Below the pieces are notes generated by a model. It saw only the letters and a list, made by a program, of their open reading frames with translations, was not told where the DNA came from and made no database searches. The position numbers and the translations under genes are program-made. From a virus, in the IMG/VR virus record IMGVR_UViG_3300023296_000874, positions 31,594 through 95,593 of that record: a stretch of 64,000 nucleotides of DNA. One strand, written 5' to 3'. Of this stretch, positions 25,007 to 34,355 are shown one piece after another (the stretch's first letter is position 1; every line of letters begins with the position of its first letter).

Positions 25007-27220
25007 TCAGCTCTTGAACATGTCGTAGCTCATGTTCTTATCTACATCGCTCAGGAAGTGAGTGATGGCCGTCTCCACGGAGTCCCACTCAAGCGCTGCA
25101 CCTTGACGCCCTTCGAGGTTCGCCTGAATGTACTCAGCCGCCTCCTTGAAGGAGCTCGCCTCGATGAGGGCCAGTGCCTCCCTGAAGGCGCTCACTGTGA
25201 TGAACTCCAGCCGTCCGGCTTGCATCAGGATGTCGCTGATGCCGATGTGGCGGTACTCCTGACCCCGCTTCTTGGAGTACTCGGGGAGCAGGTTCGGGTC
25301 GGCGAAGTACCACTCAAAAGAGCCTGGGTTCTCGTACAGCAGCACCTCGTCGGGTCGGGAGGGGTCGTCGAGCTGGTAGTTCAGCACCCAAGTCATCCAG
25401 CACCCGCCGTTCATCCACCGGTCGAAGGCCACGTCCATCACGGGGACGTCAGGGTTGCGCTCGCGGAGCCTCAGGTACGTCACGGCTGCCAGGAACATCC
25501 GCTTGCGCACGGGAGCTACCCAGCGTGCCGTGGGCTTGACACCCTCGTCGTTCTTGTCCCACTCGTAGCCCTCGCTCTCACGGGGGGTGACGCCGTAGCT
25601 CAGAATCGATTGGAGCACGTTGTAGCTGAGGCGGATCCAGTCCGGGTGGAGCTTGTCGCCCGCTGTGCCGAACCTCATCGAAGTCCTGAGTCCGGCAGCG
25701 ATTGTGGGCATACAGAAGCCCGCACTGTCGCAGGTGCTCCAATGGCTCTGCTGGAAGAGGAACTGAGGGATCTCGTACTCGGGGAGGTCGAACTCGGGTG
25801 CTTCGTACCGAGGCTGTCCGGTCTCGTGCCAATCGTCCTCGCGGGAGTTGAGGATGCGGTCCGCCGAGTAGGCAAGGCTCTGAGCCTTGGCGTCGTCGTC
25901 CATGGCATTCCACTTCGCCAGGATCTCCTCGCGGGGCTTGTCGCGGAAGCTGTACCCGTTGAAGAACGCGGCCACAAGCACCTTCTCGGGCGGTGCCTCG
26001 AGTCCTGCTTCGCGGGTCACATAGTCGGTCAACTCGTCCGGGGCACGCACCCACTCGAAGGTCGCGTACTCGGTGGTGTCGTCGTCACGGGCGTTGTTGT
26101 GAACGAACTTGTAGACGCCTGGCTTCACGTCCACGACGCTCACGGTCCACCCGTCGAGCTCTTCCTTCACACGCCTCGCTGAATCCTCGCCAAACACGAA
26201 CGCGCTGCGCCGGATGTACTCGTCGTAGTCCACGATGCTGTACCACCACAGGTCCGTACAGATGGAAGCCACATCCTCGCCCATGGCCTCTACGGCAGCT
26301 TCGTACTCGCCTTCAGCCCACTCCACGTTCTCGTACTTGTACTCGTCACCTTCTTTGCCGAGGTACGTGCTGCTCTTGTACTCCTCGGGCACGCCTCCGG
26401 AGATGGTGTAGTGCTCTGCGTCCCTGCGGTACACGCTGGGGCAGGAGTTGCCGACGCTTGCGTGGCTCATGCCTACACGGCTGTAGGCCAGGGCGGTCTC
26501 GTGCTGTCCGAGGATCATGTTCACGGAGCTGACGGACTCGCTCATGGGGAACACGTCCCGCAGGTCGTTGGCGACAACGAGCTTGCCGCTTGGGACGTTG
26601 AGTTCCCAGGTGGTCGTGGGCAGTCCCTCGGGGTACTTGCAGGGAGCGCCCACTACCTTCCAGGTGCCGTCGAAGGACACCTTGTAGCCTTTGCCGCAGT
26701 AGGTGCATTCGCTCGACATGCCGATGCGGATGATCTCAGGCTCGAGGGTCCACTCTCCGGTGTCGATGAAGTGCTGGTAGGCTACTGCCTGCTCCTTGGT
26801 GATCACCCGGAACCGGAAGTCCTCCTTGAGGCCACGGTCCAGCCAGAACTCCTTGCTGTAGGAGGAGATTGGCAGAGCCGTTCCGGAACCCCAGTGACCA
26901 TTCCAGTCCTTGCACTCCAGCAGGGATGGCATCTTCTCCATCAGTGCTGCGCTCAGCGTCAAAGCCTCCGCGAAGTCGAGGAGCGGGCTGTCACCGCGCG
27001 CCTCCTTCTCCGCTTCACGCTTGGCTGCTCGAGCGATGCCGTCAGGGCTTTCCTTCTCTTTCTCAAGCCACGAACGTCGGTCGGTGGCAAGGGCGGGACG
27101 CACGAAACGGTCGTGGGGGAAACTCTCCCCATTGACTACAATCATGCCATCGACCACCGCCTCAACGAGCACGTCGCACTTGAGGAGTAGGTCGTAGGCG
27201 GTTTCACCGGATCTAAGCAA
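25007..27220 (-). CDS. Large hypothetical protein, 737 aa
   Basis: Long uninterrupted ORF; no family recognised. Confidence 0.65.
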   Translation of the reverse strand: MLRSGETAYDLLLKCDVLVEAVVDGMIVVNGESFPHDRFVRPALATDRRSWLEKEKESPDGIARAAKREAEKEARGDSPLLDFAEALTLSAALMEKMPSLLECKDWNGHWGSGTALPISSYSKEFWLDRGLKEDFRFRVITKEQAVAYQHFIDTGEWTLEPEIIRIGMSSECTYCGKGYKVSFDGTWKVVGAPCKYPEGLPTTTWELNVPSGKLVVANDLRDVFPMSESVSSVNMILGQHETALAYSRVGMSHASVGNSCPSVYRRDAEHYTISGGVPEEYKSSTYLGKEGDEYKYENVEWAEGEYEAAVEAMGEDVASICTDLWWYSIVDYDEYIRRSAFVFGEDSARRVKEELDGWTVSVVDVKPGVYKFVHNNARDDDTTEYATFEWVRAPDELTDYVTREAGLEAPPEKVLVAAFFNGYSFRDKPREEILAKWNAMDDDAKAQSLAYSADRILNSREDDWHETGQPRYEAPEFDLPEYEIPQFLFQQSHWSTCDSAGFCMPTIAAGLRTSMRFGTAGDKLHPDWIRLSYNVLQSILSYGVTPRESEGYEWDKNDEGVKPTARWVAPVRKRMFLAAVTYLRLRERNPDVPVMDVAFDRWMNGGCWMTWVLNYQLDDPSRPDEVLLYENPGSFEWYFADPNLLPEYSKKRGQEYRHIGISDILMQAGRLEFITVSAFREALALIEASSFKEAAEYIQANLEGRQGAALEWDSVETAITHFLSDVDKNMSYDMFKS

Positions 27221-27223
27221 TGG

Positions 27224-28717
27224 TCACCTCATTGTCGGGAACAGAATCACGTCCCGAATTGATTGTGTGTCTGTCAACAGCATCACGAGCCGGTCGATGC
27301 CAATCCCCTCACCGGAGGTGGGAGGCATACCGAAGCTCAACGCGTCGATGTAGTCCTGGTCGAAGTACATGGCTTCATCGTCCCCGCGTGCCTTGGCAGC
27401 AGCCTGGGCCTGGAAACGAGCAGCCTGCTCAACGGGGTCGTTCAGCTCTTGGAAGCCGTTGGCGATTTCCATACCGGCGATGTAGAGCTCGAAGCGGTCT
27501 GCTACCTCTGGGTCATCAGCAGATGCTCGAGAGAGTGGGCTGATGTCCAAGGGGAATCCGGTCACGAAGGTCGGCTGGATCAGCTTGTCCTCAACGTACT
27601 CGTCGAAGTAGAGCTGGAACCACCGCCCGATGGTCCGGGGGAGCTTGGTAGCGTCCGGGTGGTCCTGTACCCACCTCGAGCGCATCTCGGGCATGGAGAA
27701 GGGGTCGTTGATGCCCGCGTGCTCCATGATCAGGTCGGCCATGCTCACGCGCCTGAAGGTGGTCAGGTCAAGCTCGTGCCCGTCGTAGGTGCAGACGTCC
27801 ATCGGAAGGAACTCGCCAACCCGGCAGGCTTCCTCGTAGATGACGCGGTTGTTGGCACCACGGATGATGGCTTCGGTGGTGTCCATCAGGTCAGCCGGTG
27901 TGGCGTGGGCCTGATAGAACTCCAGCATGGTGAACTCGGGGTTGTGCGTCCCGTCCACTCCCTCGTTCCGGAAGTTGCGGTTCAGCTCGAACACTCGCTC
28001 GTAGCCACCCACGATGAGCCTCTTGAGGTAGAGCTCAGGGGCGATGCGTAGGTAGAGGTCCTTGTCGAGAGCGTTGTGGTGCGTCACGAATGGTCGTGCG
28101 TTCGCACCGCCTGGGAGCGTCTGCATCATCGGCGTCTCCACCTCCATGAACCGATGGTCTTCAAAGTACCTCCGGATGTAGGATACGATGGTGCTGCGCG
28201 CACGGAACCGGTCGCGAGTGTCTTGGCTCACGATGAGGTCGAGGTACCGCTGACGGCGCTGCTGCTCCACGTCGGTGAACCCCGCGTGCTTGTCCGGCAG
28301 GCTCTTGATGCACTTGGAGTAGAGCGCAAGGCTGTCCACCTTGAGGCTCAGGTCACCGCGTCGGGTACGGATGAGCTGCGCTTCTGCGTACACCCAGTCG
28401 CCGATGTCCAACTTCTTCCACACGTCGGCGTACATGACGGGGCCGATGCCCGCACGGCGCACGAACAACTGCATCCGGCTTTCGCCATCCTCGATGAAGG
28501 CGAAGCCAATCTTGCCCATCTCGTTCTTCTGGACGATGCGTCCGGCCACACGGTAGACGGTGGTCTGCGCCTCCAACTCCTCCGCGCTCAGATCAGCACC
28601 GATGCGCAAGATCTCGAGCAGCCGGTGGCTGAGGTCCTTGGAGACGGGATAGGGATCTACGCCTTCAGCGCGTAGTGCGTCCAACTTTTCCAGCCGTGCT
28701 GGTTCAAATTCGCTCAC
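27224..28717 (-). CDS. lysS: Lysyl-tRNA synthetase (class II, LysS-type)
   Basis: N-terminal OB/anticodon-binding region. Motif 2 FRNEGVDGTHNPEFTMLEFY. Motif 3 GEGIGIDRLVMLLT. Confidence 0.85.
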   Translation of the reverse strand: MSEFEPARLEKLDALRAEGVDPYPVSKDLSHRLLEILRIGADLSAEELEAQTTVYRVAGRIVQKNEMGKIGFAFIEDGESRMQLFVRRAGIGPVMYADVWKKLDIGDWVYAEAQLIRTRRGDLSLKVDSLALYSKCIKSLPDKHAGFTDVEQQRRQRYLDLIVSQDTRDRFRARSTIVSYIRRYFEDHRFMEVETPMMQTLPGGANARPFVTHHNALDKDLYLRIAPELYLKRLIVGGYERVFELNRNFRNEGVDGTHNPEFTMLEFYQAHATPADLMDTTEAIIRGANNRVIYEEACRVGEFLPMDVCTYDGHELDLTTFRRVSMADLIMEHAGINDPFSMPEMRSRWVQDHPDATKLPRTIGRWFQLYFDEYVEDKLIQPTFVTGFPLDISPLSRASADDPEVADRFELYIAGMEIANGFQELNDPVEQAARFQAQAAAKARGDDEAMYFDQDYIDALSFGMPPTSGEGIGIDRLVMLLTDTQSIRDVILFPTMR

Positions 28718-28843
28718 GGAGCCCTCCGTAGGTCTGCATTACCCCTGGGACGGGGACAGAGTGTTATTCGTGCGAACCCTATCTCAGTCGAGCAGTAGAC
28801 TGATCACAGTAGTCTCTTCGCCATTCGAGTGTGATGTGTGGCA

Positions 28844-30415
28844 TTAGGCTGCCGCAGCCACCGCTTCCGCGCGGGCTCGGGTACACGTCTCGATCAAGCT
28901 CAGGGTGATGCCGTCCACGGCGGGTCGGTGTTCGAAGCCGTCACGTCGCGCCGAGTCACCGGGTCCGTACACACGCCAGCCCTTCGGGAGGTTGCCGTAC
29001 TGACACACCATCGTAGCGGGTCCGTGTGAGGGGTGAGCAGCGTTCTCGCGCACGGCGAGTACCGGGATGCCGGGGAGGCTCTGCTTCCCGCTCCAACCCT
29101 CTTCCAGCTCATCGCCGAACTTCATGGTCGGTCCGTACTTGGACGTCCAGGCGAGCTTGTAAACCATGCTCACCAAGCCACGTCGGTAGCCGGTGGGCTC
29201 CGGGCGGTCGATGAAGTAGCCGCCCGCGCCAAACAGCGTCACCTCTTCGGGGTAGTCAACCTCGATGCGGAGCGCCTCGTACCGTGCAACGTCCTTGTCG
29301 TCGATGCCGTCTTCAAATACCCACGGGCGGGGTCGGATGCCGCGTGCCTTGATCTCGCTCACGATGTAGCGGAACTGCTCCTCAAGGGAGCCGCTGTCGG
29401 GTCGCATCCCGTCGTTCCGGTCCGGAAACTCTTCCATGAGCTTCAGGGCGGTCGGGATGCCCACCTTCATCGTGTCGTTGGTGTCGAGCAGCATGATCAC
29501 GAGGGGCATTGCGGCGATGTGTGCGCGGAAGGCGCGTTCGTCGTTGCCACCGTGGCGCATGATGCCCTCATGGCCCAGCGTGCCAACTGCCTTGATGTCC
29601 AGCACGTAGGCACCGTAGGCGTTGGAGGTCAGCGTGAAGCCGAGGTCCTTCAGAGCCTTGAGCGCGATGAGGTGCTGCTCCATGCAGGTTGCGGCGCGGA
29701 GGCCAACCTCGAAGATGCGGTTCGGGCTCACGCCGGAGGCCAGCATCTTGATGCCCTGCAACTGCACCGCGTTGTAGTAGCTGAGCTCGTCCACGGTGAT
29801 GCCGTTTTCGATGTCCCGCAGCTCCTGTCGGAAGTCGGCATCGCCGAAGTCCCTGCCCTTGTGGGCACCGAGGATCGCCTCCATGGTGAGCTCCTTCTGG
29901 CGCTCACAGGTCACGGTGCGGATGGTCTCGAGGAAGGCGGGCATCGTGTCGCCCTCGCGGGCCTTGATGTAGGCGGTCGCTACCTGCATCTGGTAGCTGA
30001 AGCGTCCCGAAACCAACGGCTCGAGCCAGCTTGCGATGGCCTGAGGAGCTCGCACGGTAGCCACGGGCTCACGGGGAGCAGCGTACTCGCCAAAGGGTGT
30101 CGCGTAGAGCACCTCAAGGCTGGAGCCGTCCACGGAGTCCCACAGCATCTTCTCGGTCACGTTGAAGCCGAAGTGCTGCAGTAGCGCGCACTCTTCCTTC
30201 ACGGTCGCTGAGGTGGGGTTGGGGATCATCTCGCGGATCGCCGTCTCGGGATCCACAGGCATGAACATGAGCCCGCCGCGTCGGAAGCTCAGATAGAACA
30301 CTTCCTTCTCTTCGGGGCGTCCGCCAGCCATCATGGGCCACTTGTAGCCGTCCGATCCGAGGGTGCTTTCGCGCCAGGATCGCTTGCCTGCAAGTAGTTG
30401 TCGTAGAATGCTCAT
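28844..30415 (-). CDS. NAMPT-family (type II) phosphoribosyltransferase: nicotinamide phosphoribosyltransferase or related (Namat-like not excluded)
   Basis: SDGYKWPM (cf. TDSYKVTH), MRPDSGS (RPDSG), FGAGGYF (FGSGGG). Own promoter-motif copy 28 nt upstream. Confidence 0.7.
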   Translation of the reverse strand: MSILRQLLAGKRSWRESTLGSDGYKWPMMAGGRPEEKEVFYLSFRRGGLMFMPVDPETAIREMIPNPTSATVKEECALLQHFGFNVTEKMLWDSVDGSSLEVLYATPFGEYAAPREPVATVRAPQAIASWLEPLVSGRFSYQMQVATAYIKAREGDTMPAFLETIRTVTCERQKELTMEAILGAHKGRDFGDADFRQELRDIENGITVDELSYYNAVQLQGIKMLASGVSPNRIFEVGLRAATCMEQHLIALKALKDLGFTLTSNAYGAYVLDIKAVGTLGHEGIMRHGGNDERAFRAHIAAMPLVIMLLDTNDTMKVGIPTALKLMEEFPDRNDGMRPDSGSLEEQFRYIVSEIKARGIRPRPWVFEDGIDDKDVARYEALRIEVDYPEEVTLFGAGGYFIDRPEPTGYRRGLVSMVYKLAWTSKYGPTMKFGDELEEGWSGKQSLPGIPVLAVRENAAHPSHGPATMVCQYGNLPKGWRVYGPGDSARRDGFEHRPAVDGITLSLIETCTRARAEAVAAAA

Positions 30416-30442
30416 AATTCCTCGGGTGTCCAGTTACTCCAT

Positions 30443-30473
30443 CAACGACGGATACCCCGAGGAAGTTAGAGAG
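30443..30473 (-). promoter_or_regulatory. Promoter-like motif CAACG-N17-GTTAGAGAG, 28 nt upstream of the NAMPT-family gene
   Basis: Motif family. Confidence 0.5.
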
Positions 30474-30491
30474 AACTTGTAGGTTTCGAAC

Positions 30492-31412
30492 TCAGCGGCG
30501 GGTACCAGTACGCACCATCAGGTTGAGGGTCTTCCCGCTCACTTTGAAGGTGGCTGTCTGTCCCCATGCGAACTCCAGCCGGTCAGATTCGATGCCGTCC
30601 CCGAAGATGACTCCACCTTCCTGCATACGCGACGTCACCTTGAGAGGAGCATCCGGCTCCACATACCCTTGCTGGATTGAAACGCCTGAGAAGGGGCTGT
30701 CCCAAGCCTCTCTCACCTGAAAGATCAGCACTCCCTCTTCGGGATCTGGGAAGGGCAGAGGGTTCCGGCGCTGTGATGCGACGGAGCTTGCCCAACCCGT
30801 ACAACCCGTACCGGAGCTGATGATCATACCAGAGGAGCTCTGGTACTCGGTGTGCTGCTCGTAGGCGATGTCGTACTTGGCGCTCTGATGGGAGTGGTGT
30901 CCGCAGAACAGCTCGTTGAGGGCGATGATCTTCCGTCCCTCCTCTTGCGTTTCGTCGTCCTTGATCTCCACCTCCACCATTGAGCGGCGCTGAAGCTTGG
31001 CGGTGTTGTTCTTGAGGTAGCCGTAGAGCAAGGGGATCTCCCGCTCACGCCACACCATCATCTTCGCCTTGTAGGAGGTGTCGGGGTTGATCCCGGCGAC
31101 AGTCTGCCCGTCCAGGTACTTGGCTACGTTCGGGACCAAGCCGTCCTGCCCCACAGCAACGATGATGTCACCGGGCTGAAAGACAAACCTGTCCAGATCG
31201 CTCCGGAGGCAGCTCGTCTTTCGCCAGGTGTGTGGTACATCGCGGAGGGCACGGGCAGCAACTTTCAAGGTGACGGCGTGCATCCGTTCCACCTTGTCCA
31301 TCGACTGCCCCATCAGCTCAAGCCTGAACCTCGCCATCTGAACGGTCCCGTGCTCTACGAGCAGAGATTCGTACTCGGTGGTTCTGCGAACCACTACTAC
31401 TCGAGGTTCCAC
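30492..31412 (-). CDS. NAD kinase-like (ATP-NAD kinase/DAGK catalytic fold) protein
   Basis: DIIVAVGQDGLV (GGDGT-like), TVAGINPD, SSSGMIISSGTGCTGWASS (cf. DGLIVSTPTGSTAYSLS). Confidence 0.6.
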   Translation of the reverse strand: MEPRVVVVRRTTEYESLLVEHGTVQMARFRLELMGQSMDKVERMHAVTLKVAARALRDVPHTWRKTSCLRSDLDRFVFQPGDIIVAVGQDGLVPNVAKYLDGQTVAGINPDTSYKAKMMVWREREIPLLYGYLKNNTAKLQRRSMVEVEIKDDETQEEGRKIIALNELFCGHHSHQSAKYDIAYEQHTEYQSSSGMIISSGTGCTGWASSVASQRRNPLPFPDPEEGVLIFQVREAWDSPFSGVSIQQGYVEPDAPLKVTSRMQEGGVIFGDGIESDRLEFAWGQTATFKVSGKTLNLMVRTGTRR

Positions 31413-31421
31413 GGCTGCCTC

Positions 31422-32540
31422 CTACTTGCTGAGCTGCTGCACAGCTTCCAGCAGTCCGCCACCAATGGTCACGGAGCTGAGGTTGCTGAGGCCTGCGGGG
31501 ATGCCCTGGATGGCCAGTGCGAGTGCGGCTTCACCCTTCTCCTCGAAGGCTGCGAGCTGAGCCTCAACCTCGGCCACGCGGGCTTCACCGAGCGCCTCTT
31601 CCTGAGCGACGGTCTGAGCGTCCACGGAGATCCGAATGGCGAGTGCCTGCTCGTCGGAAGCAGCCTTGTTCTCGAGGCGCTGGGCCTCGGCGTTGGCGGC
31701 GTCCTCGAGCTGACGTGCGGAGGTGAGCTCCTGAGCCCTGAGGTTGGCCTCAGTCTTCTTGCGCCCCTGCTCCAACTCGGCGTCCGTGCGGATGCTCACA
31801 ACAGCAGCGGAGCTGGCTTCCGAGGCCTCACTGTTCACGCGGTCCTGAGCGATCAGGGCCTCGCGCTGCTTGGCGAGCAGAAGCTTGTTGTTCAGTGCCG
31901 CTTCCTCGATGGCACGCTCCTTCTCAGTAGCGTTGGCACGCCGGTCGAAGGTGGCCTCGTCAGCTTCCTGCTTGAGGCGCTCGTTGGTCTTGGTCTGGAG
32001 GGCCTGAGCAACGTCCCGGTTGGGCTTGATGCTGGTCACGCTTGCGGCGAACACCTCGATGCCGATGTCCAGCGCCTGGAGGGCGGCAAGCACAACGTCG
32101 GAGATGGCCTTGGGGTCATCCACAAGCAGCGGCTCGAGCTCCTGCTGGGAGATGTAGCTCCACGCCGCCTGCTGCGCCGTGTTGGTCAGCACCGTGGCGA
32201 TGTCCGTGGAAGGGTCGCCCAGCGGAGTGCCGGTGTCGGTGTCCACAGCGAAGTTGAAGCGGGAGGCGATGTTGAGCGCCGCTTCAACTCCTACGCGCCA
32301 CTGGCCCGTCGCGCTGACGGTGACGTCCTGGAAGTCCTTGGTGCGGCAGTTGAAGGTCAGCGGGACGGTCTGGTCCACGACTGGTACCTCAGAGAGGCTC
32401 GTGCCCTTGGTCCAGAACCACAGCCAGAAGCTGAGGCCGGTGCCGCTCTTGGTGACCTTGCCACCTGCAGATGCGATCAGAAAAGTGTGAGCCTCGCCAC
32501 GCACGTTGCGTAGAGGCCCGAAGGTTGAGATGGTTGCCAT
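31422..32540 (-). CDS. SPFH/Band-7 (flotillin/HflK-like) domain protein with a long C-terminal coiled coil
   Basis: N-terminal SPFH-like region followed by Ala/Glu/Gln-rich coiled coil (EAEQLAAF..., heptad-like). Confidence 0.6.
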   Translation of the reverse strand: MATISTFGPLRNVRGEAHTFLIASAGGKVTKSGTGLSFWLWFWTKGTSLSEVPVVDQTVPLTFNCRTKDFQDVTVSATGQWRVGVEAALNIASRFNFAVDTDTGTPLGDPSTDIATVLTNTAQQAAWSYISQQELEPLLVDDPKAISDVVLAALQALDIGIEVFAASVTSIKPNRDVAQALQTKTNERLKQEADEATFDRRANATEKERAIEEAALNNKLLLAKQREALIAQDRVNSEASEASSAAVVSIRTDAELEQGRKKTEANLRAQELTSARQLEDAANAEAQRLENKAASDEQALAIRISVDAQTVAQEEALGEARVAEVEAQLAAFEEKGEAALALAIQGIPAGLSNLSSVTIGGGLLEAVQQLSK

Positions 32541-32637
32541 CTTGTGTCTCCGTGATTGGGCTTGTCGCCCTTGGGTTCATACCCTCCTACTGTTCACGGT
32601 TGAAGGCGGGATAGGTTCCCGCCGACGCACATACTTT

Positions 32638-32856
32638 TCAAACGCCCTTGATGTCCCGTAGTCGCTTGAGCTCAAACGGGCTCGCGTGTTCGGTCCAATG
32701 GGTCCACGGGTCCACACCCAGTTCCTTGCCGACGTACTCGATGTTCTCGAGCTCCTTGCCCAGATCCGTTTCCCCGACGCCATGTGGGTCGTCGGAGAAG
32801 AGGTCGAGGTAGAGCTCGAACAGCTCGGCAACGAATTCCTGGGTGCGTGGTGTCAC
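32638..32856 (-). CDS. Hypothetical small protein
   Basis: ORF track. Confidence 0.4.
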   Translation of the reverse strand: MTPRTQEFVAELFELYLDLFSDDPHGVGETDLGKELENIEYVGKELGVDPWTHWTEHASPFELKRLRDIKGV

Positions 32857-33497
32857 TCGGCAGTCTCCCGCGCGGCGAGCATTCCCTTGCCGTTCCAGAA
32901 GGTCACGGCAGCACGCAGGGCAGCTTCAAACTGCACGGCGTCCATGTTGGTGCTCGAGCCGCCGTCGAGGCCGAAGTGGTTCGCCATGAGCGTACCCGGC
33001 GTCATCGGCTGGTCGCCTTCGGTCAGCTTGCCGAGAAGTGTCACCACCTCCCACTCGCTGCCGTTCAGCTCGTCCAGACGCTCCGTGTCCTCTTCGAGAA
33101 CCGAGCGGTTGTAGAGCACCACATCCACCCACATCGCCGCAGAAGGGATGCGCGGGCTTCCCAGCTTGTTGATGCGAGCCACCTTGGAGCTCTTGCGGGG
33201 CTTCTCACCCTCGCGCCGAGCCTTGTACTCCACCACGAAGCGGTCGTCCGGGGTGATGTCCACCACGGGGCAGGTGAAGAAGGTCTCGTCGAACAGCGCG
33301 AACACGTTCAGCGGTACGATGATCACACCGTCCCGGTAGCCCTCACGCTGAGCCGCCCATTCGAGCTGCACTGCCTCCACAAGGATGTCCCACCGCTGGG
33401 TGCCCGCGTCGTCCAAGCACAGGAACTCCGTGAAAGAGGTTCCGGTGCGGTGGTGGTTCTTGCAGAAGCCACTGACGGTGATATCTTGTTTCGGCAT
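32853..33497 (-). CDS. Hypothetical protein (start revised to MPKQDIT); possible PD-(D/E)xK-like motif VDITPDDRFVVEYK
   Basis: Promoter-motif copy 33527-33556 lies inside the ORF-track N-terminal extension. Confidence 0.45.
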   Translation of the reverse strand: MPKQDITVSGFCKNHHRTGTSFTEFLCLDDAGTQRWDILVEAVQLEWAAQREGYRDGVIIVPLNVFALFDETFFTCPVVDITPDDRFVVEYKARREGEKPRKSSKVARINKLGSPRIPSAAMWVDVVLYNRSVLEEDTERLDELNGSEWEVVTLLGKLTEGDQPMTPGTLMANHFGLDGGSSTNMDAVQFEAALRAAVTFWNGKGMLAARETAE

Positions 33498-33526
33498 TTG
33501 GGTCCGTTCCTTGGGTCGTTGTCCGT

Positions 33527-33556
33527 AGTGCTCCCCCAACGCATCACGCGGGGGAG
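33527..33556 (-). promoter_or_regulatory. Promoter-like motif CAACG-N17-CTCAGAGG
   Basis: Motif family. Confidence 0.45.
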
Positions 33557-33572
33557 CACTCAGAGGTTTTCT

Positions 33573-34283
33573 CTACTCGTCGGCCTCGGCTGCAGCGGCA
33601 GCAGCTTCCCGCGCGGTCTTGTTGGCGCGGTCGCAGCCTTCGATCTTGTCGATGAGCCCGTACTCCAGAGCCTCCTCGGCGGTCATCCAGTTGTCGAGCT
33701 GCATGTCGGCTTCGAGCTTCTCGAAGCTCTGGCCGCAGTTCTCGGCCAGCAGCCGGGTCAGCTTCTGGTGGAGGCGGTCTGTGTGCGCCATCGCCGCCTT
33801 CATGTCCTTGTACTTGCCCTGGTTGCCCGAGCTCAGCTCGTGGATCATGATCTCGCTGTTGGGGAGCGCCGAGCGGTTGCCCGCCGAGCCCGCACTGAGC
33901 AGGAAGCTACCCATGGAAGCCGCCATACCCACGACGGTCGTGTGGACGGGGCTGTCGATGAGCTGCATGGTGTCGTAGAGCGCGAGGCCGTCGATCACCG
34001 AGCCACCGGGGCTGTTGATGTACATCATGATGGGCTTGCCGGGAGCGTCCGCCTCGAGGAAGAGGAGCTGCCCAATGGCGATGCGCATCGAAACGCTGTC
34101 CACCTGGGTGCCGACGTAGATGATGCGGTCCCGCATGAGCCGGGAGAACAGGTCGAAACTCCGCTCCATTCGGCCATCGGATTCCACCACGACGGGGATG
34201 TTGTAGTTGGCAGGCAGTCCGCCGAGGGAGGCGAGTACTTCGAGCTGTTCACGAGTGGGCATTTGGTGCTCCGTTGAGGTCAT
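33573..34283 (-). CDS. clpP: ClpP-family serine protease
   Basis: YINSPGGSV (catalytic Ser region), GMAASMGS, MIHELSSG (His region). Start revised (the ORF-track start lies upstream of the promoter motif); alternative start 34262. Confidence 0.8.
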   Translation of the reverse strand: MTSTEHQMPTREQLEVLASLGGLPANYNIPVVVESDGRMERSFDLFSRLMRDRIIYVGTQVDSVSMRIAIGQLLFLEADAPGKPIMMYINSPGGSVIDGLALYDTMQLIDSPVHTTVVGMAASMGSFLLSAGSAGNRSALPNSEIMIHELSSGNQGKYKDMKAAMAHTDRLHQKLTRLLAENCGQSFEKLEADMQLDNWMTAEEALEYGLIDKIEGCDRANKTAREAAAAAAEADE

Positions 34284-34316
34284 TTTCACAGGACGGTGAT
34301 CGGGTTTCAATAGTGC

Positions 34317-34348
34317 AACGAGTTCAACCGGCGTCGAACTCAGAGCGT
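34317..34348 (-). promoter_or_regulatory. Promoter-like motif CAACG-N18-CTCAGAGCG upstream of clpP
   Basis: Motif family. Confidence 0.45.
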
Positions 34349-34355
34349 TTCTGGA

